A stretch of DNA of 64,000 bases from Amoebidium appalachense (GCA_963693365.1 CAVNZM010000004.1:10754468-10818467), one strand, 5' to 3'; shown: positions 1-13,081, numbered from the stretch's first letter. Translations and numbers: made by a program. Notes: a model not told the origin generated them from the sequence alone.

Positions 1-27
1 ATATCCACACAGCTGAGGAAAAACCGG

Positions 28-63
<36 letters not shown>

Positions 64-2216
64 GGAGGGGGGGTAGTTCGTGAACAAGTTTTGTAATTTA
101 CTCTCAAACATTTTGTTAAAAAAGGGAAAAGGAGGGAGAGGGGCAGGGGGGGGAGAGGAGAGGCAGGTTACAAAGCACATGTTAAAGACGGAAAACACAA
201 TACAGATTTTGCAAGTAGAACCCATCATCAGGACGGTCTACAGGTGACCCCAGTACTCTACTCGAGTTTCTACCCATTCACCTCGTGTGCGGAACCCACT
301 TCAGATACTGCTTCGCTTAGGCATATACAGTGGGAAGGGCCGGAGGCTAAGGTTGCAACGGTGAGAAATAGGCAAGATACATACAGGTAGAAAACTCACC
401 AGTTAGTGTTTCCCGGACGGGAGGGGAGGGGATAGGGCGGGGGGAGGGGAGGACGGAGGGCGGGGGGAGGGGGGGGGGGGGGGGGGGGATGGATGGGGGG
501 GAGTATTTAAGTCGATGGGGGACTGCGGTGGATGGCTAGGGGGAGGGGGTGGGGGGAGGGGGGAGGGGAGGGGGGGGGGGGGTAAGGATGTAGCCTTTAA
601 GTATAAGAGCAGTTAAACAACACGTTGCACTGACGCAAGTAGAGCAACAAACACATCAATTGAAACAGGCAAACGTGAGCAAGGGACAGTAAAGGGAGGA
701 GGAGGTGGTGTTGAGGAGTGGGAGGGGAGGGGGGAGAGGGGGGGAGGTCCAACGCAACTAGCAGCAACAAGAACCGGAATATATAATCTAAAAAGGGGGT
801 TTGTGTGTGTGTGTGTGTGTGTACGTGTGTGTGGGTGGGTGAGTGTGTGTGTGTGTGTGTGTGTGTGTACGGGGGTGGGCGTGGCCGGGGGAAGGTGGGG
901 GATGGGGGGAGGGGGGGGGGGAAGGGGAGAGAGAGGGGGGGGGGGGGGGGGAGGGGAGGGGTTGAGGGGGCAGAGAAAGCAGCCGGATGGGATATACAAA
1001 ATCTATTTATGGCCCAGTTGAAGGTGGTAGTAGTGTAAGGGGCGGAACGCAAGAGAAAAGAGTGTGGATATGGCGGGAAAGGCGGGAGATCCGATTTCTA
1101 TATGCAGGCAACTGAAAACCACAACCACAGCATGATGATCCTCAGTGACTCAATGAACATGTAAGCCCCCCCCCCCCCCTCCCCCCCCCCCCCCCCCCCC
1201 CCCCCCCGGCCCACCACCACTACCCACCCACCCACTCATCCAACACAAACACACGACCACATCCTTCCACCCACCCACCCAGTCCCCCAGGCCCCCCAGT
1301 CACACCCCTGCTCCCCTTACCTCTATCCCATCCCTCATCCCCTCCTCCCTTCTCATCCCCGGTTTGCAATTGACTCTAAAGTAACAGCCACATTGACGCT
1401 CTATTTGTAGTGCATGGATCCAAAAATAGGCCTACCTGCCCCATTTGCTGTATGAGGCCTTCTTGTCTCCTTTCTGCACTGCAGCCACAGTGATTGCCTC
1501 TGGGGTGGAGGCTGGGGACTTGGTGCATGTGTCAACTGCTTCATTGCCGGCAGCAACCACAACAGTAATGTTTGCATCATATAGCGCCTGGGAAAATGTG
1601 AACATGATTAAGGTTAGATTAAAGGAGATTGAGATTAGACGGTGTCGAAAATGTAAGTGAAAGAACGGGGGGTGCATGCGTGGCACTGTACTGCATCGTT
1701 GCCTGCCTAGGATGTGGGTTGAATTTTTGCAAGTAGTTTGTGCAGGGTTTTCCGCCATTTTTTCTTTCCGGCTTTCTTTCTTTCTTTTTGTGTGTGTGTA
1801 TGCCCGCGGGGGGGGGGGGGGGGGGGGGTTGACAGGAAGGAATAATAACCTTGACAGCATTGTTTGCAGTCACTGAACGGGCACCCCCAATGGATATGGA
1901 CACCACGGCAGGACGTGCCCTGTTCCGATTGGCTATCACCCAGTTGCAGCCGGCAGCAATCGTGGCCCAAGAACCCCTGCCTGTGTCGTCAAGAACCTGT
2001 GTGGGTGTGTGTTTTTTAGCCTTATTTGGTTATATGGTGTCCATATTTGGGAGATTTTAGCAGGCAGGGTGAATGTGAGTATGGTTGGTGGTCCTTTCTT
2101 TTCTATGCCAGTCTGTAATTTCTATTCTTTCTTTTGTTCTTCGTTTCTTCTTTCTTTCTTCAAAACTATCCCTCTTTTTAAGTTCTATTTTAATTCTTCT
2201 TCTTTCTGAGTCGCCT

Positions 2217-2247
<31 letters not shown>

Positions 2248-4042
2248 GGGGGGGGGAGGAGGGGGGGGGGTGGGGGGAGGGGGGAAGGGTGGTGGTGGTG
2301 GTGGGGGGGGGGGGGGGGGGGGGGGGATCATAATGGCGGTCGAAACATTTTAGCTGCAGGGAAGACTGGTGGGTGGGGTGGTGGATGCCGCAGTCCAAAT
2401 GTGCCAAAAGATATGTTTGGAAGTAGAGAGGGTAAATGTGGGAGAAACTTTGAAAATGAAAGGACTCTTCAAAGGAGGTGGGGGGTGGGGTGGGGGTGGG
2501 GGCGGCAGGAGAGATTTTGAGGTTGTGTGTGTTGAGGGGGGTGGGGTGAGAGGGGGGGGGGGGGGGGGGGAGGGGGGGGGAAAGGAAGGTGGGTGTTGGG
2601 GGGAGGGGGGGGGGGGGGGAGGGTGAAAGGGGGGGGGGGGGGGAGGGGGGGGGAGAGAAGGGGAGGGAATACCTTGACGCCAATGAGGCTTGTACCCGTA
2701 GCCACCCCATAGTCTTTGGAGCCAACACTGCCTGTGAAAGGAGGACTTGATGAGTGACCATAAAAGCTTCCGCCATCGTTGCTTGCCCCCAAAACGCCAC
2801 TTGCTTTCCTCTCCGGCTCCCCCCTGCCTCACTCTCCCTCCCTCTCCCTCTCTCGCAACCGCTCCCACCCCCCCGCTCTCCGACCCCCCTCCTCCTCCCC
2901 CCCCCTCTCTTTCTTACGGTCTCTCCCCCTCCCCCCTTCTACCCCCCCCCCCCTCCATTTCTTCCCACCTCTCCTCTTTCTCCCACCCTCTCCCTCTCCC
3001 CCTCCTCTCCCTCTCTCCCTCCCTCGCCCTCCCTTCCTCCCTCCTTCTCTTTTAAAACTCCCCCCCCTCTCTCTGTGTGTGTTAAAGGCAATATCTCTCT
3101 TAATCCCCCCCCCCCCCCTCTTCCCCCCCCCCCCCCCCCCCCCCCTGTACACCCCCACCAACCACCACCACCTCAAACCCCTCGACCATCAGCACAAAAA
3201 GACCATTTACCATTTTATAATCATTCACGATGCTTGTATGAAGCTCCCACCACCAGGAAAAGGAGTCTGTTTTCATCCCCAACCTTTTGCCTATTATTAG
3301 AACATTGCTCTATTTTTAGCACATTACCTGCACAGTGTGTGCCATGCAGCACCCGTCCGTGAAGTTCACACCCATCGAGGCACGTCCCTCAAACTGTGGG
3401 TGCTCCGTGTATATCCCCGTGTCTGTCGAGTAAATCTAGAGTAAGCAGAAACTAATACTACACACTATGAAAAACGAAAACCCCTTTTCTGTTCCCCTTC
3501 TCCTCCCCCACACTGCCCTTCTGTAGCTGCGGGCCACACCCGGGCCGCCCACCTTCGACCCAGCCAGCCACTCCCCTGAACCACTCACCCCATTAGACCC
3601 CAACTTGGGAACAGAGAGGCCAATGCCAATAGGTTTTGTTTAAAATGTGACAAGGATTTTAAGGTCTAACCCCAAGTCACGTATAGTATTTTGCTTCTTG
3701 GGCAAAATGTTTTTTTTTTTTTTTTTTTTTTTTTGGGGGGGGGAGGGGGGGGGGGGGGGGGGGGGGGGAGGGGGGGTAACCAACCGAGCACATAAACGTC
3801 AACTCCACTTCTATCCCCGCTCACTCCTCCAAACCCATCCATTCCATATCTCTGGTTGATTCGATCGAGGGCCCAACTTCTCTCTGGAAAATAGCTGTTG
3901 GTTTCAAACCCCTCGATAGAGACCATTCAACTTCCTCGACATAATCCACTGTGAAATTTTCGAGGACCATCTCCAGCTCTTTATCTGTCAGCTCCAACTC
4001 CACCAATGAAAGGTGCGGAATCTCACCAACGGCCCGAGGTAC
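1..4042 (-). pseudogene. Proteinase K-like S8 subtilisin serine protease, frameshifted (probable pseudogene); continues past the window start
   Basis: GT-AG exons 4042-3785 (I9 propeptide end ..LENFTVDYVEEV, then SWALDRINQR..GVDVYVL), 3422-3328 (DTGIYTEHPQFEGRAS..HGTHCAG; catalytic Asp and His), 2731-2673 (GSVGSKDYGVATGTSLIGVK), 1996-1850 (VLDDTGRGSW..VVSISIGG), 1587-1436 (VVVAAGNEAVDTCTKSPAS..SYSKWG), 12-1 (SCVDI). Junction phases agree, but there are internal frameshifts at ~3927 and 3347-3360. No signal-peptide exon found. Confidence 0.85.
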
Positions 4043-4489
4043 CTGCCAAAATAGGAAAAAATGTGAATTTAGCGGGTGAAGAGGGAACCTTAGGAACTTC
4101 AGAACGTGTTGCAATTATTGGGTTGCCCTCAGCTACTTGAATGGAGAAATTATGAGAACTATTGAGGTTGAAAGAATATTATCTAATCGTCAGATTGGTG
4201 TCCACACTCTAGATCTGCGCATTTGCACATACAGAGGACAAAGCTTGATGACTACACACACATCGTGGTCAGTGTCTGTGTCTTATTTCTTTTTGCAGCC
4301 CACAAGCACACACTCTCTGAAGATGGCATTACATCACTGTGCAGCCGCACGCACGGGCCCAGGACACACACACGTGCAAGCAAAAATAAAAATCCATATG
4401 GTGTTCTGCCAGGCTGCACATAAAACAGCGTCATGATCAAGAGGAGTAATCATGATCAGCGAAAAGACACACAATGTCCAGTACACCCG

Positions 4490-4760
4490 TGATAATCACT
4501 TCAAAAATATACGCCAGGGATAATCACTTTCAAAAACTATACGCTAGGGATAATCACTTTAAAAATTATACGCCAGGGACAATCACTTTTAATAATTGTA
4601 TATAGTTACGCTAGGGATATCCCTTTTAATAATTATACGCCAGGGATAATCCCTTTAAAAAATTACACGCCAGGGATGATCACATTTAAAAATTATACGC
4701 CAGGGATGATCACTTTTGAAAATTATATGCCAGGGATAATCACAAAAAAATATCCGCCAA
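4490..4760. repeat. ~29-30 bp minisatellite, about 9 copies
   Basis: Repeating unit AAAATTATACGCCAGGGATAATCACTTT with few substitutions and no unique spacers. Confidence 0.9.
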
Positions 4761-4859
4761 CAGGAATTGTAAGGATTGAACGCACTCGGTGTTCTGCACC
4801 CTATGACATGTACATTTTCAAGCCAGATTTTCTCACACCTCCTCGTTTCTCACACACAC

Positions 4860-4868
4860 TACCTGCAG

Positions 4869-4904
<36 letters not shown>

Positions 4905-7300
4905 CCCGTTCCTCAGGAAGCCCCCCCCCCCCCCCCCCTTCCCACCTCCTATTATAGCCAACCCCATGTCATTAATAGATTTAGCTCTGTTATTTCAATG
5001 ATGTTTTATTCCAATCTGATCTTTAGCTAACCCACGTCCCTTTTTTTAAAAAAATGAGCTACAGTATGTACCTGACACAAGAGATTGTGAACAGCTTCTT
5101 CGTAAATACTCCCCCCCCCCCTTCCCCCACCGTTCTCCATGAACGCCCCTCCCCCCCCCCCCCCCCCCACCCCCCCACCCCCCCGTTCCCCAGGGACGCC
5201 CCCCCCCCCCCCTCTCCCTCCCCCCCCCCCCTCTCCCCCTCCCCCCCCCCCCCCCCCCACAGACACACACACACACACCCCCGTTCCTCAGGAATGCCCT
5301 CCCCCCCCCCCCCCCCCCTCCCCCTCCCATTATAGCCAACCCCATACATTTATAGAATCAGCTTTGTTATTTCAATGATCATTTATTTGGCAGCCATTTA
5401 GTTCTTTAGCTATCCCACGTCCCTATGTTCTTAAATTCAGCTACAAGTATGTACCTGCACAAGAAATTGTTAACAGTTTCTTCGTAAATAACCCTCCTCC
5501 CCCCCCCCCCCCCCCGTTCCCCAGGAACGCCCCCCCCCCCCCCCCCCCCCGTTCCTCAGGAACGCCCCCCGCCCCCCCCCCCCCCCCCCCCCAGGAACAC
5601 ACCCCCCCCCCCCCTCCCCCTCTCATTATAGCCAACCCCATGTTATTAATAGAATTAACTTTGTTATTTCAACGATGTTTTTTTCCAATCCGATTTTTAG
5701 CTATCCCACGTCCCTATGTTCTTAAATTCAGCTACAAGTATGTACCTGCACAAGAAATTGTTAACAGTTTCTTCGTAAATACTCCCCCCCTCCTCCCCCC
5801 CCCCGTTCCCCAGGAACGCTCCCCCCCCCCCCCCCCCCTCCCCCCCACCCCCCCCCCCGTTCCCCAGGAACGCCCCCCCCCTTCCCCTTCACCCCCCCCC
5901 CTCCCCCCACCCCCCTCCCCCCGTTCCTCAGGAACGCTCTCCCCCCTCCCCCTGTCCCCTCCCAGTATATCCTACCCCATACCTTAATAGAGTCAGCTTT
6001 GTCACCATGAATGATGTTTTATTCTAATCATTTAGATCTTTACCTATCCCACGCCCCTATGTTCCTAAAATCAGCTACAAGTGTGTCCTGCACAAGAAAT
6101 TGTTACCAGTTTCTTTGTAAATACCCCCCCCCCCCCCCTCCCTCCCCTCCCCCTCTCCCCCCTCCCCCCCCCCCCCCCCGCCCCCCGTTCCCCAGGGAAC
6201 CCTCCCCCCCTCCCTCCCGTTTCTTAGGAACTCCCCTTCCACCCCTCTCCCTTCCTATTATACGCAACCCGATACAATAGTAGAGTACCCTTTGTTATAT
6301 CCATGATGTTAAACTGAATCCGATCAAGGCTTTAGCTATCCCACGTCCCTATGTTCTTAAATTCATCTACAAGTATGTACCTGCACAAGAAATTGTTAAC
6401 AGTTTCTTCGTAAATACTCCCCCCCCCCCCCCCCCAGGAACGTCCCCCCCCCCCCCCCCCCCGTTCCTCAGGAACCCCCCCCCCCCCCCCCCCCCCCTCC
6501 TGCCCCCTCCATTATAGCCAATCCCATGTATTAATCAATAGCCTAGTCAACTGTGTTATTTCAATGATGTTTTATTCCAATCATTTAGATCTTTAGCTAT
6601 CCCACGTTCACGATATATGTACTCCCCCCGCGTTCCCCAGGAACGCCTCCCCCCTTCCGCTCCCCCCCCTTCCCCCCTCCCCTCCCCCCCCCCCCCCCCC
6701 CCCCAACCCCCCTGTTCCTCAGGACCCCCCCCCCCCCCCCCCCCCCCCCCCCATAGCTAACCAAATGCATTAATAGAGTTAACTTTGTAACTGTACATGA
6801 TCATCATTCCAATCATTTATGTCTTTAGCTATCGATTCCACGTTCCTATGTTTCTAACTTCAGTTACAAGTATGTACCTGCACAAGCAATCGTTACCAGT
6901 TTCTTTGTAAATACTCACCCCCTCCCCCCCCCCTTTCCCCAGGACCCCCTTTCCCCCTTCCCCCCCCTTTCTTCAAGAACCTCCCCCTCCCCCGCCCTCC
7001 CCTCCCCCTCCCCCCGTTTTCCAGGAAAACCCCCCTCCCTACCAAAAAATATAACCAACCCTATGCATATTAGCAGAAGTAACTTTGCTATTTAATCATG
7101 AATGGCTTTCATGATTCCACTCCTTTTTGAATATCCCTCGTCCCTATGGTCTTTCTACATTCAGTTACGGCACGATCAATTGCTACCGAAGTCCTAGTAG
7201 ATCCCCCCTCCTATCCCCCCCCCTCCCCCCCCTCCCCCCCTCCCCCTCCCCCTCCTCTTTCCCCAGGACCCCTTGCCCCCCTATTATAGCCAACCGGGCA
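4860..7300. repeat. Tandem satellite, about 8-9 units of ~250-380 bp with internal poly-C tracts
   Basis: The core CTACAAGTATGTACCTGCACAAGAAATTGTTAACAGTTTCTTCGTAAATA recurs at ~5059, 5441, 5732, 6075, 6367, 6864 and (degenerate) 7165. Units typically also carry GTTCC(C/T)CAGGAAC, ATTATAGCCAACCCCAT and TTTAGCTATCCCACGTCCCTATGTTC. Confidence 0.9.
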
Positions 7301-7810
7301 TACGCAGGAAAAAGTAAAGACTTTGATTCTAAGTCCCTACAGTTCTAGCAGCAAGCAGAGTCAACACACTACTAATGCAATAGTACCAAGTGCACGTCAC
7401 GTGCAAAGTGAGATTAAATGGGTAATCGGTCCACACAACTATTAGTAATACACATACACATGCACAACGTGCTGAGACAGTGCACTCTGCCACAGCACAT
7501 TAGTACCGTCAGTGGTAGACACACACCTTCTCTATGCAACCCACCACTGATCTCAGACCGATGATCCCTTACTTCTATCTGAAGCGGCAGATAGCCTGCA
7601 CATACAGATGGGATCTATTTGAATCTTTTTATCCAATCGTGTAAGCACTGTACATCTAGCCCATCAAAGCACACAATATGACGTACCGTAACGGGTGACA
7701 CAAACATGCAGCTATCAGCCAATAACGGCACAAAATATGAATAGCTTGCATGCCAAATACCTGTGCGCGAAACACTGCGTGTGTTATTGTGCACCATTGC
7801 TTGTAAGGCC

Positions 7811-8196
7811 GACACACCCCTCATAACACTAGGGCACAAAAAGAGAGTAGCGAAGATGCAGCAAAGAAAATCGCACCAATAAAAACAGGCAAATAAAATT
7901 AGTGCAAACGAAAACATTCACATCCCTGTTTGTGTAGCCGCCACACTTGCTCACACCGTCAGCACCGTGCTGGATAAGGTACCACGAGTCTGCACACACA
8001 CCCAGGTCCTACAGTTGTCGAGCAACGCACGTGTTAGCGTCTTGATGAACATATCTGCCGCCTGCTGATTGGTCGGCACATGCACAAGCGCAATGTCGCC
8101 GCGATGCACGTGGTGGCAAGTAAAGTGGGTACTTTAGTCAATGTGCTTGGTGCAGCTGAACATCTCGGGGTTCTTTGCAATCTTGATGCAGGCCTG
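7811..8196 (-). mobile_element. Ty1/copia LTR retrotransposon relic: RNase HI C-terminus, then a possible PPT/3' LTR start
   Basis: Minus strand translates QACIKIAKNPEMFSCTKHID*STHFTCHHVHRGDIALVHVPTNQQAADMFIKTL, matching the copia RNase H pattern (AI.IAKNP..H.RTKHIDI..HF....V..G.I....VPT..Q.AD.FTK.L). In-frame TAA at 8134-8136. ATGAGGGGTG|TGTCGG at ~7824-7809 resembles a PPT/LTR junction. Confidence 0.85.
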
Positions 8197-8513
8197 GCCA
8201 ATCGCCCTCGTGCAGAATAAATCCGAAGTGCCTTTGTAGATCCCCCCCCCCCCCCCCCCCCCCTTGAACCACACCGTTTATTGCGGATTTATAGTTTTAT
8301 TTTAACAGCTTCGAATTGCGAATTCGGCCGTTAAATTTTCTTTCTTCTCCTTCCAAGTCCCATTTCATCCCCTATCCAGTGACTGATTCTGCTTAGTTGC
8401 TATGTATGCGTGAATGATTGTCAGCCTCACAGTGCCTACCCCCCCCTCCCCCCCCCCCCCCCCTTCCACCCCTTTCCCCCATGTACCACACACCCACCCG
8501 CGCACCCACCCGT

Positions 8514-8713
8514 TTCCAAGGTTTCCCCTCCCGGCCACAGGTTGCCTCACATCAGCGCACACCTCCCAATAAAAAATATGATGACTGGGGTTTGCCGGGT
8601 CCTTCAGACCTTGCAGGCTCCTTTCGTCCAGTGGTGGTGAGGCACCATCCCAGAGGCGCCGAGGTGTGTACTGACACGAGGCAAGCCTGTGGCCGGGAGG
8701 GGAAACCTTGGAA
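8514..8713. repeat. 200-bp inverted-repeat element (MITE-like or hairpin), ~52-bp arms
   Basis: 8514-8565 is the reverse complement of 8661-8713; the outer 28 nt (TTCCAAGGTTTCCCCTCCCGGCCACAGG) match perfectly. Spacer ~95 bp, no clear TSD. Confidence 0.8.
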
Positions 8714-10066
8714 TCTACGTCCTGGACGAAAGCGTTTCCTTTGGGTGGCAATCGTACACCTCGTGCAACTAGAATACAAGATTAAGAGCACTAACCAATA
8801 GAAATACGAGGTCAAAATGACTGTGTCACGTGATGTACCCGCGATGGTGGGTGTGGAGAACAAAAAAAGACAAGAGCGAGAGAAGCTACTTATTGTCGAA
8901 GTGAATTGCTTTGGAGGACGACATTAGGGGGTATAATACATTTTCTCACATGCTCTCAGCCTTTCATGTGTACAGACTCTTCAATTGCATGAAAGTAACA
9001 TGACCTGGGACTCAGGGGTGGGCATAGGGCTGTGGAGGGGAGGGGAGGCGGGGAGGGGAGGGAGAGAGGGAGGGACGGGGGGGGAGGGGGCGGGGGGGGG
9101 GGCCATTAAATATTGTTGGAAATCCAAGGTTATCTTGACACTTTATTCTTGCATTATACCCGCAGGGGCACAGCTTTTGTGGATGGCACCATCTCCGTGC
9201 TGTACTTAGTGTTTACTGATTAGCAGTTCGGATCGTCGGACCTCGGCTTTATTAGATTCGGATCTAATATAGCAGCACATAAAACTTTTTATGTTTCCTA
9301 TTTGGTAGATGGTAGACGTAGCTAATTGGCACCTGGTGATGGGGCGGAAGAACTAGGGGGAGGGGGGGGGGGGGGTTCGTTTACTCCACATCATCGCGGC
9401 GCTAAGCTCTGTCTTGGCACATGATATATTCTTAGTAGCCGTAGCCATGATAGTGACTGTGTAGCTAGAAAGTGATGGTTTCAGGCGCTGGGTATCGTAG
9501 ACATCACGTTTTAGCTTGTCGTGTTACATTCTGTGTATCTGCCGTGGCCGCTAGAGCCCCGCACTGTGTATCCTCAGTTTTTTTTGTTGTAGCAATATAC
9601 GATATGACTTAGTGTGCTGGGGCCGGGATGTAGCTACCTCCAGCGCTTTGTATTCGACTCGTGATAATTTTACATTCACTGTAATGCGAATAATATTCCT
9701 GACGTCACGACAATGATAGCTGAGAACAAACATCGTCAAGCACAAGGTCATCTGCGATGTGTTACCGACGTGTCTTACTGATGATTCAGTGTGTCTTTTC
9801 TTTCCGAGGCATCTCCTCCTTTATTTGTACTCGGAATGCTTTACATATTTCCTCCCCTCCTTCCTTTGTGCTCACTAAGCGACTCTTTCCTCCTCTCTCA
9901 TATTTGTGCTATAATGTCTTTCTTTTGCTTCAAAGGCTCAATTTCTCGTCTTTTTGGTTTATTATCTGTGTACATATCTGGTCTTTCCTTGTGACCCATT
10001 TCAGTGAGCGTGTGCTCCTGGACCAGGACCTGCTGCCTTTAAAATTCTCCTTCTTTTTACTATAGC

Positions 10067-10169
<103 letters not shown>

Positions 10170-10415
10170 AACGGTTTGTTGGGGGGGGGGGGGGGGGGGG
10201 GTTGTGCAAAAATTCCCTGACTCATGGTGCCAGTGTCAGTGCAAAAATTCCCCGGTGCAAAAATTCCCTGTGACAGGGGGGGGGGGGGGGGGGGGGAGGG
10301 GGGACCAAGAGAAGATCGGTCCCGCAAACCTGTCTGCAATCATCCGCCATCCCCATTAAATTCGAAGGGGCCTACTCACCGTACCGCTACATTCCCTCCA
10401 CCACGCGTACATGAC

Positions 10416-10743
10416 TTACACCCCGCCACTTCCATCCCCTCCAGTGCACACAGTAGGTTCGTGCGCCGCGGCCGTCGCATCTTCAACAATACATGCGGGA
10501 TGTAGCAGGCCGGTAGGAAGCTGAGCACTGGCATACACCCACAGCATACTTATGGTGAGGGCTAGGTGCATGGCTACACAGCAGGAGGTGACAAAGGTGT
10601 ACGTGATTACACTGAGAACCTGTCTTTGCGTTTGATCTAGGCCGGTGCGGGAGCGGACGTCGACAATGATGAAGCTGAAAATGATGAGAGTGAAAACGGC
10701 GATGGAGAGCATGTTGATGTGCCTGTGTAGATGTGCCCATGTT

Positions 10744-10774
<31 letters not shown>

Positions 10775-11406
10775 GGGGGGGAGGGGGGAGTGGGGGGAAG
10801 GCGGCAGGGTTGGTTGGGTGGGTAGGTTGTCGGGGGGGGGAGGAACAGAGGGAAGGGGGGGGGGGGGGGGGAGCGTTAGAGTGGATCCGGAGACCTATCG
10901 GGAAGTTTATTGATTGAAAATTGACTTTCAAATGTTGGTGGGTGGATTTACGGGATTTTTTTTTTTTTTGCACCAGGGGGGGGGGGGGGGGGGTTGGAGA
11001 TCGGGGGGTAAGGCAACGAATGGTCCGGGTGTCGGGGTAACGGGGGAGGGGGGGTTTAGGATGTGTTATACGGTACGAAGCACACATTCATAACGCCGAA
11101 TCCGGCAATGCTGAGTGCAAACCACACATGAAAGTGTATTCATAATAAGCAGAACCCATTCTCAGGGGATGCCCAAGTTATCCAAAGTGCGGTGGGGGGG
11201 GGAAGGGGGGGAGGGGGGTGTCGGTGGGCTTTGCAAGTCACGGGGTGGGTGTGTATGTGGGTGGGTGGGTGGGTGGGGTGTGTGTGTGTAAGGGGGGGGA
11301 GGGGGGGGGGGGGGAACTCCCGGGGAGGTAAAATCACAATTTGAAGAGATAATGAGATGGGAGGTAGTCGGGGTTGATGGGTGGTGGTGGTGGCGGGGGT
11401 GTGCAT

Positions 11407-11463
<57 letters not shown>

Positions 11464-11899
11464 GTAGGATGTGTTACAGGCTACAGAGTACACAATGGTT
11501 AAAGGGTGGGTGGGTGGGGCGGGAAGGGGGGCATGTCACGGGGAATAAGCTTAATATAGGGAGAGAATGCAAAAGGCAGAACAAAACACACAAAAGGTGA
11601 CAAAAACAACACACATAACTCGGAAAAATGAAAAGAAAACCAAAGTATCTGAAAAGACACCCTCCATTCATACACGAAGGAGTGAAATCGACTGCTTGCC
11701 GTACTGCCTAACCCATAAAAAGCACGAGAAGTGTTAACGGAGATGTAGATTGGTACAAGTAGAATCTTGCAGGGTTCTCATGCCATGTACAGAGGGGAGA
11801 GAGGGAGGGGGAGGAGAAAGGTGGGTTGGGGGAGGCAAAGAGGTTTCGTGGCTGAGGGGAAAGGGAGGAGGCGCAAGGCGGCTGCGATGACGATGGCGT

Positions 11900-11936
<37 letters not shown>

Positions 11937-12139
11937 AGGCAGCTAAGTCAAAAACAGGCATGGGGACCTCCCAGGCTCCCACCCATATCTTCTCCCAAAC
12001 CGTCCGCGGAATGGATAGAAAAAGGTCTTCATGAAACGATAACTGAAAGCGGGAAGACTATCATGCGTGTGAGTACCCTCGTTCATGCTTTTGACCACTG
12101 TCGTGGTCAGTAGGTTTGTTTGACAATGAGCATGTATGT

Positions 12140-12216
<77 letters not shown>

Positions 12217-12544
12217 GCACAGAGTGCGTGTGCGCGAGTGTGTGCGCATGTGCGTGTGTGTTTTTGGGTAGAAAAATGGTTTTTGAGCACTTACCTATCG
12301 ACGAAAAACATGTTTGCATTCCTCGTAGCAAAGCAGAATCCAGCAAAAAGTAACCCCAGAAAGGTGATAAATGCACTATTGATATATCCTTGAAGGGGGG
12401 GCTTGCTCTCCGGCTGCACAAAACATAAATTCTCCATCCCTCGCAAATCGCGCTCACGATTAGAGTCATTGCGATGAGTGGGATCGATAAACATGTCAGG
12501 GTGTAGCCCCGGAAGCCATATGTGCGCATGAAGATGCGGTATAT
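10416..12544 (-). pseudogene. Tandem partial duplicate of the 3' part of the class C GPCR-like gene
   Basis: Homologous to ~14157-16305 including the intron (flanking homology extends to ~10306/14024). The exon copy 12544-12295 lacks its 5' part and has a 1-nt deletion at ~12412 (CCGGCTG vs CCGTGCTG). The terminal exon copy 10722-10416 is open, with an intact acceptor and a stop at the same codon. Confidence 0.8.
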
Positions 12545-13025
12545 CCAGGGAGTGAGGCTAACTGGGCCGTTCGTTCGAGTTTTTGAACCGTCTCGAGTCC
12601 CTTGGACGTCGCGGCGTGTGGGGATCGGTGGTTTATTCCTGTCGATCGCTGATCATGTTCATCGATAAATTTTGATTAGGATGGCAAAACGGTAGCTGAT
12701 CCTTTGCTGGTCACGGGTCCGAGAAGACTATATAGCTAATTGATTATCTAAATTAGTATTATTGCTTCGTATCCAGCGGCAGTTCGTTCATCAGTGTCCT
12801 GCGTCATGAAAGTTCCTCTTGGCTCATGCATACACGGTACACGTGCACCACATAGTACTACACATAGCTCTACGAGAACACTTCAAATGATGCGATACAT
12901 GTGCTAGCTGGGCTGTACGTAGAGTACATGTGTCCCTTGCCAAGCATTTAATGAGTCAGGCTGAGCTGAGGCTCAATACCAGATCCCTGCCCCTCCCCCC
13001 CCCCCCCCCCCCCCCCCCCCCCTCG

Positions 13026-13081
<56 letters not shown>

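Noticed and set aside
1108-1160. Plus-strand exon-like segment (CAG|GCAACT..ACAT|GTAAGC) inside a subtilase intron
   Set aside because: No partner exons or recognisable product; chance splice signals are likely.
4490-4760. 30-bp array as a CRISPR array or homing-endonuclease site (TAGGGATAA)
   Set aside because: No unique spacers, no cas genes, eukaryotic context; only a 9-bp match to the I-SceI site.
9166-9223. Possible plus-strand terminal exon GTAFVDGTISVLYLVFTD*
   Set aside because: No upstream exons could be linked.
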